DNA of 59,880 nucleotides from Escherichia phage vB_Eco_SLUR75: sequence record LR025197.1. The stretch is one strand, 5' to 3'. Position 1 is the first letter of the stretch. Each line of letters opens with the position of its first letter. A model generated the notes under the pieces. It saw nothing but the letters and a program-made list of their open reading frames with translations. It did not search any database and was not told the DNA's origin. Shown in pieces: positions 1 to 7,017 of this stretch. The position numbers and the translations under genes were made by a program.

Positions 1-127
1 CCCTTATCAGTCGCTACACGGGCGAGCCGTTAGCTGTGTTCCATGCAGCTTAAGCTATAACGCACACAGCGCCGCGCTAGCGAGCTAATGTACATAGGTA
101 ATGGTAATGCATTAGCTCGGGCGAAAC
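1..127. repeat. Terminal redundancy, identical to 59754..59880
   Basis: Exact 127-nt identity between window start and end. 127 is the maximal k-mer of common de Bruijn assemblers, so the simplest reading is a circular-contig overlap rather than a biological terminal repeat. Confidence 0.85.
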
Positions 128-489
128 AGGCGCACAGCGTTGCGCACAGCTCGCACAGCGCACACAGACCCACGCAGGCCCAGCCGCGCGACCCGACCCA
201 TCCTTTTCCAGGTACTTGGATCGCTGGGGCGTGCCTTATCCATCCTGATAGTAAGTCCTTGCCTAAATCTCACCTGTCACATTCCTATCCACCTACATCC
301 ATGACCCCCCACCTACCTTCTTTTTGAATATATTGCGCTCATCCTTTCTAAATATATGGATTTTGGTAGTAAATTCTGAGTCGTCAACGTATAATTCGTC
401 TTGTAGCTGCTCCATAGCTATCATCTTTAAGCGGATGCAACCAATTTCTATCAGTTCACACCTGTTTTTAGAGCATCGAGGAGGTATTT

Positions 490-741
490 ATGTGCGACTC
501 CAGTGCAAGCGCTGCACCCAGCACCTCCAGCAATGTGGTTACAGAGGTAAATGCAATGCGATTAGGCCCATATCGCGGGTATTATGGTCGGGCAGCATGG
601 AATGACGCTACTCAACGTTTTGAAGGCTGGATTATCTGTCCGGAACGTGTTAAATTTCATTCCGTAAAAGAGAAAAATATCGTTCTTAATTTTCAAAAAT
701 GTGTCACTAAATATGTAGAGGAGCAAGAAGAATGCGTGTAA
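490..741 (+). CDS. Hypothetical early protein (83 aa)
   Basis: ATG preceded by strong RBS GAGGAGG; first gene after the 5' noncoding region. Confidence 0.5.
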   Translation: MCDSSASAAPSTSSNVVTEVNAMRLGPYRGYYGRAAWNDATQRFEGWIICPERVKFHSVKEKNIVLNFQKCVTKYVEEQEECV

Positions 742-974
742 AAGACGAGCAAAAGACAGTTGACTACTTCGGAATGCAAATTGTTGTTCCGGAATGGGTT
801 AAATGGCTTGCTGTCGATGGTGACGGCAAATTATTCGGTTATGAATGTGAGCCCGACATTTTAGTTAATGAAGATTGGGATGAATGGTACAGTGAAGAAG
901 GTAAATGCCGCTGCATTACAGAAGTCATCCTTGAAGAAGAACATTGGTCACAAACCTTAGTGGAGCTTTTTTAA
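732..974 (+). CDS. Small protein, paralog family member A (80 aa)
   Basis: Shares WLAVDGDGKLFGYECEP and C-terminal HWSQTLVEL motifs with ORFs 1316..1618 and 40076..40330. Confidence 0.55.
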   Translation: MRVKDEQKTVDYFGMQIVVPEWVKWLAVDGDGKLFGYECEPDILVNEDWDEWYSEEGKCRCITEVILEEEHWSQTLVELF

Positions 975-1264
975 TGCACGTAGAAGATATTGTTGAAGGT
1001 AAAGAGTATCGTTTACTGACCGATATTGGTGGTGTCGGATATACTCCGGATGATGCAGCTTGTTTTAATGTCCTTCCGCAAGGTGCTATCGTGACAGTTA
1101 ACAAGGTTGTTACCGATTTATACAGCGTTCATGACGGCAGATGGCCACATGCAGTTATTGTTACCTTCGGTAAAGATGGTTATGTGGACCTTGATGGCGG
1201 AGACGACACTTACGAAGTCGCTTATACAGGTCTGGTGAGTCCCAATTTCCTGGAAGAAGTATAA
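974..1264 (+). CDS. Hypothetical early protein (96 aa)
   Basis: Internal ATG (M11 of track ORF 944..1264) overlapping the upstream stop as TAATG; start uncertain. Confidence 0.45.
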   Translation: MHVEDIVEGKEYRLLTDIGGVGYTPDDAACFNVLPQGAIVTVNKVVTDLYSVHDGRWPHAVIVTFGKDGYVDLDGGDDTYEVAYTGLVSPNFLEEV

Positions 1265-1315
1265 TTATCAATCTATAATGGGCTCTACGGAGCCCTTAAT
1301 TATCTGGAGGTTGTT

Positions 1316-1618
1316 ATGCTGTATTTAGGAATGGACGAAACTGGACACGCGATCCCTTCTGTTAACAAGGAGACGCGAGTATTTACAGACTATTACGGGT
1401 CTGCTGTCCCTGTTGAGCCCTGGGCTAACTTTATCGCTGTAGACGCAGACGGTAAAGTACATTGTTATGACGCCAAACCTTCTTGCTATGAATCTGGTAA
1501 GCAATGGATGCTTGGCGTATACGGTTTGCATGTTCGCTACTGCGGCGAAGTTGACATTGAAGGTGTGGACTGGCGCGATACGCTAAGGGAAATCAAAGAA
1601 TATAGGCTTAACCCATGA
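1316..1618 (+). CDS. Small protein, paralog family member B (100 aa)
   Basis: RBS GGAGG; motifs FIAVDADGKVHCYDAKP and GVDWRDTLREI shared with paralogs A and C. Confidence 0.55.
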   Translation: MLYLGMDETGHAIPSVNKETRVFTDYYGSAVPVEPWANFIAVDADGKVHCYDAKPSCYESGKQWMLGVYGLHVRYCGEVDIEGVDWRDTLREIKEYRLNP

Positions 1619-1839
1619 AAATATTCATGATACTAGGCGTTATAGTTGCCGCTTTCGTTGTATTTGCAATTGTAGACTCTAAAGAAATGGAGCGGCAAAA
1701 CTGCCAACGCACTGGTAACAGCCGTGAGGATATCATTTGGCAATATATTTACGATGCAAAAGGTAATGTTATGTCAATGTATCCTCAGGTTATTACTGAG
1801 TATGAATATAAATGCAATGACCGTAACAGGTGGAGATAA
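1615..1839 (+). CDS. Small membrane protein (74 aa)
   Basis: ATGA start/stop overlap with the upstream gene; N-terminal hydrophobic helix ILGVIVAAFVVFAIV. Confidence 0.5.
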   Translation: MKIFMILGVIVAAFVVFAIVDSKEMERQNCQRTGNSREDIIWQYIYDAKGNVMSMYPQVITEYEYKCNDRNRWR

Positions 1840-1841
1840 TA

Positions 1842-2321
1842 ATGGAAGTTACTGAAGCTGCTAAACGCATGGTAAAATTCTATGTCGGTTCTGATGCACC
1901 TTTAATTCGCGCTTTTGGTCAGGAACTTTATGTTTTCCAGGGCGATCGAGAGGAGGCTGAAGAAATTGCTCAGGCAATCCTCGATATGCAAGCAAAAGCG
2001 GATCGTGCGGAAGCCCTTGAAGCCGAATGGCGTGCTCAGGAAGAACGTGCCGAAAATGCTGAAACTAACCTTGTCGACATGCGTGCTGCTGAGCACGCTC
2101 TATCTGATTCTTATATTCGTTTGCGTCAAATTGTTGGTGCAATGAATCCGCCTGGTGTGAGCAGCGAAGAGGTGTGGGCGCATACCGAGAAGAAGGCTCA
2201 AGAGTTGCGTGATCGCTGCGAAGCTCTGGAAGCTATAGCAAAGGACTTCTTGCGTCGTAATAAATATGGTCCTTTGTTCTATCGTGATTTGTATAACCGT
2301 TTTAAGGAGATTGTGAAATGA
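1842..2321 (+). CDS. Hypothetical protein, acidic coiled-coil (159 aa)
   Basis: ATG at M5 of the track ORF (track start 1830 is GTG), preceded by GGTGGAG. Confidence 0.5.
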   Translation: MEVTEAAKRMVKFYVGSDAPLIRAFGQELYVFQGDREEAEEIAQAILDMQAKADRAEALEAEWRAQEERAENAETNLVDMRAAEHALSDSYIRLRQIVGAMNPPGVSSEEVWAHTEKKAQELRDRCEALEAIAKDFLRRNKYGPLFYRDLYNRFKEIVK

Positions 2322-2587
2322 TTACTGCTCAAGAAGCTCGTGAATTAAGCGATAAGCTGGATATTAGCGAAGATATTGAATTTATCAGTGACAGCATTCG
2401 CGTAGCTGCTACAAAGGGATACAATAAAGTATCACTGGTAACCAAATACGGCGCTGTTGGCAATCCTGACACTCAAGACCCGACCACTATGAAGATTGCT
2501 AAATGGTTAGCTGATTCTGGTTTTACGGTGTTATATTATCCTTCAATGGACCAACGTGATAACGAGCGTACTGAGGTAGCATGGTGA
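2318..2587 (+). CDS. Hypothetical protein (89 aa)
   Basis: ATGA overlap with the upstream stop (translational coupling). Confidence 0.5.
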   Translation: MITAQEARELSDKLDISEDIEFISDSIRVAATKGYNKVSLVTKYGAVGNPDTQDPTTMKIAKWLADSGFTVLYYPSMDQRDNERTEVAW

Positions 2588-2654
2588 TTGAAGAAAATAT
2601 CAAATATTGGAAAGGCTTTATTGACGAAATGTTGAAACCATTGGAGAAGAAATA

Positions 2655-3047
2655 ATGCTATTAGTCGTCACCGGAGGTCGAGATTTTAAGCATGTGGAGT
2701 ATATTTATGCTCAATTGGATAAGCTGCATATGCAAAGAAGGATAACCACACTTCGCCACGGTGACGCTGACGGTGTTGACCGCATTTGCGCACAGTGGGC
2801 AGAGCGCAACGGTATTAAGACAGAAGCGTTCCCTGCCCCGTGGGACAATCTTTCCTTACCAAATACCAAGATACGGTATAACGCCAAGGGTGCTTATAAT
2901 GCACAAGCTGGCGCATACCGTAACCAATTAATGCTGAATACTGATCCTAAACCAGATCACGCTATTGTGTTTCCTGGCGGAGCTGGTACTATGGATATGT
3001 ACAGACGGATTAAAGCATCCGGTATTCCTTATACTTTAGCGGAGTAA
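2655..3047 (+). CDS. SLOG/LOG-like Rossmann-fold protein (130 aa)
   Basis: VVTGGRD near N-terminus, HGDADGVD, and VFPGGAGTMD resembling the LOG-family PGGxGT motif. Confidence 0.4.
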   Translation: MLLVVTGGRDFKHVEYIYAQLDKLHMQRRITTLRHGDADGVDRICAQWAERNGIKTEAFPAPWDNLSLPNTKIRYNAKGAYNAQAGAYRNQLMLNTDPKPDHAIVFPGGAGTMDMYRRIKASGIPYTLAE

Positions 3048-3050
3048 ATA

Positions 3051-3521
3051 ATGGCTGACGTTAAAACTATTGTTGATGCAATGGACGAGTCCAAAGACTG
3101 CCAACTGAAGAAGTCGTTTGAAGTAAAACAGGTTACAGAGACTCAGTTGGTCTGTAATTTTGCGCGTTATTGTGGACTGGGGCGCGGGAAAGACTGGAAC
3201 GGGCTTATTGTTATGCCCACATCGCAGATTCTCGTTTACGTCCGCAATATTGTAGAAGATCTTTTGCGTCTTCAAATAGATATTGGTGACGTAGAAATTA
3301 ACATGACTGCGAGCTCTACCATTGTGGTTAAATGGCAGTCGGGCGAGACACTGCGTTTGGAAGCGTGCCATTGTGCTAAGAGCCTACACCACCTGCGCGG
3401 TTGTCATTACCAGTTCGTTGGGTTTGTACATCCGCAAGGGTTAAGCGAGCGTACGGCGCTTGTAGCGCGTTTGCTGCTGCGTCCTTATAATAACGAGCCG
3501 GAAGTTATATACGAGGCATAA
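3051..3521 (+). CDS. Hypothetical protein (156 aa)
   Basis: ORF packed directly after the upstream gene; no recognisable motif. Confidence 0.5.
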   Translation: MADVKTIVDAMDESKDCQLKKSFEVKQVTETQLVCNFARYCGLGRGKDWNGLIVMPTSQILVYVRNIVEDLLRLQIDIGDVEINMTASSTIVVKWQSGETLRLEACHCAKSLHHLRGCHYQFVGFVHPQGLSERTALVARLLLRPYNNEPEVIYEA

Positions 3522-3522
3522 A

Positions 3523-3948
3523 ATGTCAGTAAATTTTGTCAAACAGCCAACTTTAAATACATGCGTTTCTGCGTGTTTGGCAATGATCCTTAATAAACCT
3601 GTCGAAAAGGTCATTGAGGAATTTCATAGTCGTTATTATAACAACTGGGAAATCACTATCAGCGAATATTTGACTAAAAACGGCGTCCCGCATCATTGTT
3701 CAGAAGGTGGTGGGCGTGAAACTTTGCATATGGGAGGTTTGTTCCTGTGCACGGTGCCAAGTCTTAATATTCCTGGCGCATTGCACCAGATTGTGATTGA
3801 TATGACAGATCACAAGTTTATTGTGCATGATCCAATTAAAGGATGGGAAGGTAAAAAGTTCTATGTTGGTCCGGATCAAGATCCTGAAGAGCCTGGAGCT
3901 TTTATCATTCATACTTGGGTCAAAGACGTTGAAATCCTGCCTTATTAA
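3523..3948 (+). CDS. Putative papain-fold cysteine peptidase, C39-like (141 aa)
   Basis: N-terminal QPTLNTCVSACLAMIL resembles the C39 catalytic Cys signature; candidate His in HKFIVHDP. Confidence 0.4.
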   Translation: MSVNFVKQPTLNTCVSACLAMILNKPVEKVIEEFHSRYYNNWEITISEYLTKNGVPHHCSEGGGRETLHMGGLFLCTVPSLNIPGALHQIVIDMTDHKFIVHDPIKGWEGKKFYVGPDQDPEEPGAFIIHTWVKDVEILPY

Positions 3949-4010
3949 TTTTCTTGCTATCACATAACCCTTCATTGTATTGTGTACCCATCGAATAAGA
4001 GGGGTACACA

Positions 4011-4196
4011 ATGACCAAACTATACGCCGGATTGTTTTTATTTGCGACGTTAATGTTCGCTGGGCTTTATACCTATACAGTAGTCGAACAAACTTCCACG
4101 GTTATCCGAATCTTTGCAAGTACAGGGCTTTGCATCTGTCTTATTCTATTTGTTTTATGCATTGTTATTATCCAAGACCAAAGGAAAGTTAAATGA
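4011..4196 (+). CDS. Small membrane protein (61 aa)
   Basis: RBS AAGAGGGG; two predicted TM helices. Confidence 0.5.
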   Translation: MTKLYAGLFLFATLMFAGLYTYTVVEQTSTVIRIFASTGLCICLILFVLCIVIIQDQRKVK

Positions 4197-4657
4197 CCAC
4201 AATTGCGTTCGATGGAAAAGTATTAGCTGCGGACCGTGGAGTTATGCGCGGGGAAGCTGTGACTGCTTATAAGAAAGTTCATAGCGTGAATGGACATCGT
4301 GGACGGTTTTTACTTGGCTTGTGCGGTTTGACGGCATTTACCGATCAGGTGTTGCGTTATTTTAATAGCGCGGAACCTGTTAAGTTCCCTGATATTAAAC
4401 TTTACAGTAAAGATGATGATTACGGGCAAACTTGCGGTCTTGCTGTCACTCCGGAAGGTACTTGCCATTTTATTTATAATGATGGTACTTTGAGCGAGCC
4501 CATGCTGGATGGATGGGGATCTGAGGGTAGCGGTTGTGTGTTTGCCGCTGGTGCATTAGCCGCTGGTGCAAGCGCAAGCGAAGCTATTGAGCTGGCAATT
4601 AAACACACCACATGCGCATTCCTGGGAGTTGATACAATATCATTTGAGGGTTTTTAA
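4193..4657 (+). CDS. HslV/proteasome-beta-like Ntn-hydrolase (154 aa)
   Basis: Begins MTTIAFDGKVLAAD (Thr directly after Met, as in HslV TTIVSV...); Gly/Ala-rich GSEGSGCVFAAGALAAG...EAIELAI resembles the HslV C-terminal region. Confidence 0.45.
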   Translation: MTTIAFDGKVLAADRGVMRGEAVTAYKKVHSVNGHRGRFLLGLCGLTAFTDQVLRYFNSAEPVKFPDIKLYSKDDDYGQTCGLAVTPEGTCHFIYNDGTLSEPMLDGWGSEGSGCVFAAGALAAGASASEAIELAIKHTTCAFLGVDTISFEGF

Positions 4658-4918
4658 ATGACTACATTCAGTCACCTGATCCCACCTGCTTATCATAGTA
4701 AGGTAGTTGACCACGGGACGCATGTTGTAATTGGTGGCGAAATCTTTATCACAGATAACGAGGAAATCGCCATTGCAATTATTGACAGCACTCAGCATGA
4801 CTTTATGGTTATCCTGCAACACGAACCAGATAACTTCACTTTTTACTCCAGCTACGGGGTCGATAAAGGTGGAAAAAGCCTTGTTGCTTTCTACATTAAC
4901 GACTGGTTTGACGGGTAA
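4658..4918 (+). CDS. Hypothetical protein (86 aa)
   Basis: ATG immediately after the upstream stop. Confidence 0.45.
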   Translation: MTTFSHLIPPAYHSKVVDHGTHVVIGGEIFITDNEEIAIAIIDSTQHDFMVILQHEPDNFTFYSSYGVDKGGKSLVAFYINDWFDG

Positions 4919-5000
4919 TCTCCTTAGATCAATTCTTCTTGCGCCGTATCAAGTTTCTCTGTTACCCTTGAGTGGTTCATGTCAAGCGGAGGAACTCGAT

Positions 5001-5438
5001 ATGGCACTTCAACCTCGTGGTATTCGTAATAACAATCCAGGCAATATTCGCTGGGGTGACAATTGGCAGGGCTTAGTTCCTGCTGATAAGCGAACCGATA
5101 AATCTTTTGCGCAATTCACGCAACCGATTTACGGCATTCGTGCGCTAGCGAAAATCCTGACAAACTACACCAAACGTGAAGGCTTGCCCAATGTGGGTAA
5201 GAAAAACATCGACACTGTACGTGAAATTATCGCTCGCTGGGCACCGCCTAACGAAAACGATACGGAAGCGTATATTCGCTCTGTTGCCAAAGCAATTGGT
5301 GTTCAACCTAACGATCCAATTAATGTCTTCGACAAGGCAATTATGTCAGGATTGGTGAAAGCAATCATTCGTCATGAAAATGGCATGATGCCCTATACCG
5401 ATGACGTAATTAACCGCGCTATTGCAATGGTACTTTAA
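5001..5438 (+). CDS. Putative endolysin (145 aa)
   Basis: ATG at M91 of track ORF 4731..5438 with RBS GGAGGAA; sits directly upstream of holin/spanin genes; conserved GIRNNNPGNIRWG motif; followed by a terminator hairpin. Function is by context only. Confidence 0.35.
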   Translation: MALQPRGIRNNNPGNIRWGDNWQGLVPADKRTDKSFAQFTQPIYGIRALAKILTNYTKREGLPNVGKKNIDTVREIIARWAPPNENDTEAYIRSVAKAIGVQPNDPINVFDKAIMSGLVKAIIRHENGMMPYTDDVINRAIAMVL

Positions 5439-5442
5439 CTGA

Positions 5443-5465
5443 CGGGGCGTTAGCCCCTTTTATTT
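5443..5465 (+). terminator. Rho-independent terminator
   Basis: GGGGC-gtta-GCCCC hairpin followed by TTTTATTT. Confidence 0.6.
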
Positions 5466-5474
5466 GGAGGGAAC

Positions 5475-5819
5475 ATGTTCAATTCACCCAACGAACATTG
5501 GGCAGTTCTAGCGGGGTTTGCGTTTATCTCCCTCATTGGGGGAGCTCTCGGTTATGTCATGCGTACAATAGACGCTGGTAAGAAAGTACGGGCAAGCATT
5601 GCATTTCTTGAAGGCTTATCCGCCGCTTTCTTTGGCGTTATAATGTATGCGATCTACAGGGAGTTTAACATCAGCCTTTGGTTCGCTTTTGGCCTTGCTG
5701 GCCTATTTGCTTGGGCAGGTTCACGTGCTACGCTAAAAGCCCTAACGTCGCTTATAGCTTCACGGACAGGGATCAAACTCGATTCAGGGGACTGCAAACA
5801 TGAAAACGATTCTAAATAA
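5475..5819 (+). CDS. Putative holin (114 aa)
   Basis: Three predicted TM segments with a charged C-terminal tail; position in lysis cassette. Confidence 0.5.
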   Translation: MFNSPNEHWAVLAGFAFISLIGGALGYVMRTIDAGKKVRASIAFLEGLSAAFFGVIMYAIYREFNISLWFAFGLAGLFAWAGSRATLKALTSLIASRTGIKLDSGDCKHENDSK

Positions 5820-6276
5820 CTTCTTCAGTTTTATAAAAACTAAACCGCGTCTGTTTATCGAGTATTTGATGATCGGCGCGGTTGTGTTTTTATGCGGGGT
5901 GGCTGCATACTTGTGGTCACAGAACGAGCTCAGCAAAACTAATTTAAATCATGCTGAGCAAAGACTAACCGTTGTAGAACGGGACAATGCAAAGCTGGGC
6001 GAAGCTGTTGTATTTCTTGCATCCCAACGGGAGAAGGATACTGAATCCTATCGAAAATTGGCTTCAGCGATTGAAAGTGAGCAACATAACCACAGGTTGC
6101 TTCAGGACAAATTAAAAGCACTGGAGAAAAGCAATGCCGACGTCAAAGCTTATCTTAATGAGCGTGTTCCTGATGATTTGCGCAGGCTGCTCGACGGAGA
6201 TACAACCTCCACCACAGCCACAGATAGTCAAGATAAAACTTCCGGCTCATCTGTTGGTAGAATGTCGGGAAGTTGA
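5800..6276 (+). CDS. Putative i-spanin, Rz-like (158 aa)
   Basis: N-terminal TM helix LMIGAVVFLCGVAAYLW followed by a coiled-coil periplasmic domain; overlaps the o-spanin gene. Confidence 0.5.
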   Translation: MKTILNNFFSFIKTKPRLFIEYLMIGAVVFLCGVAAYLWSQNELSKTNLNHAEQRLTVVERDNAKLGEAVVFLASQREKDTESYRKLASAIESEQHNHRLLQDKLKALEKSNADVKAYLNERVPDDLRRLLDGDTTSTTATDSQDKTSGSSVGRMSGS

Positions 6277-6439
6277 TAAATATCCTTTGGTTTATACAAG
6301 GGACATTATCCAACGTTTGCAGGATACAGAAACAGCTCTGACTGAATGTAAACTGAGGGTTAAGGAAATCATACGCTATGAAGCTGAAAATGTTTCGCTT
6401 GATTTTGTAGGATCAAGCAATTATATTCAGCCTAAATAG
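6134..6439 (+). CDS. Putative o-spanin lipoprotein, Rz1-like (101 aa)
   Basis: Signal peptide with lipobox-like MICAGCS, proline-rich QPPPQPQ; starts inside the i-spanin gene in another frame. Confidence 0.5.
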   Translation: MPTSKLILMSVFLMICAGCSTEIQPPPQPQIVKIKLPAHLLVECREVDKYPLVYTRDIIQRLQDTETALTECKLRVKEIIRYEAENVSLDFVGSSNYIQPK

Positions 6440-6459
6440 CAATAAGAAAGGGGGCTTCC

Positions 6460-7017
6460 ATGAACGGGGCAAGTCAAGAGCAATATGATCGTGACTGGAC
6501 GAATTACATCCAGTATGCAAATAGCTTGTCCGCTGAAGAGATGGCAATACGTGACAAAGTTGTTGCTGAGTACATGTTCGACTACAATTGGACTAACGCT
6601 TGCATGAGATGCGGGTTCAATGCTATGTTTGCACAGGAGCTTGGCCAACGCTTTGCCACGGACTGTTATGTTCGATGGAAGCTCAAGGAGATTGAAAGAT
6701 CCCGTGTTCAACGTACTTCTGAGCAAGCTAACATTGAAGCAGACCTTGAGCGTCAGCATATCATTGAAGCATTAAAACGTGAAGCTCATTATACAGGACC
6801 GGGATCTTCTCAAGCTGCTAGAGTCGCCGCATTGGGCAAGCTTGCACAAATTTATGATTTGGATGCTCCCAAGAAGGCTAAGATTGATGTTACTAACAGA
6901 GGCGGCGTAATGATAGTCCCTGCTGTAGCAAATATTGACGAATGGGAAAAAACTGCATCCGAGTCTCAACAACGACTAGTTAAAGAGACTGAAGATGGAG
7001 CTAAACCGACAACCTGA
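6460..7017 (+). CDS. Putative terminase small subunit (185 aa)
   Basis: Size and position immediately upstream of, and overlapping, the large terminase gene. Confidence 0.45.
   Translation: MNGASQEQYDRDWTNYIQYANSLSAEEMAIRDKVVAEYMFDYNWTNACMRCGFNAMFAQELGQRFATDCYVRWKLKEIERSRVQRTSEQANIEADLERQHIIEALKREAHYTGPGSSQAARVAALGKLAQIYDLDAPKKAKIDVTNRGGVMIVPAVANIDEWEKTASESQQRLVKETEDGAKPTT

Noticed and set aside
1-127. Interpreting the 127-bp end duplication as a biological direct terminal repeat
   Set aside because: Length equals a standard assembler k-mer and a gene spans the junction; kept as possible but less likely than an assembly overlap.
88-605. Track ORFs 88..327 and 324..605 in the 5' region
   Set aside because: They lie in repeat-rich noncoding DNA just after the junction-spanning gene, lack RBSs, have low-complexity translations, and the second overlaps the well-supported gene at 490.
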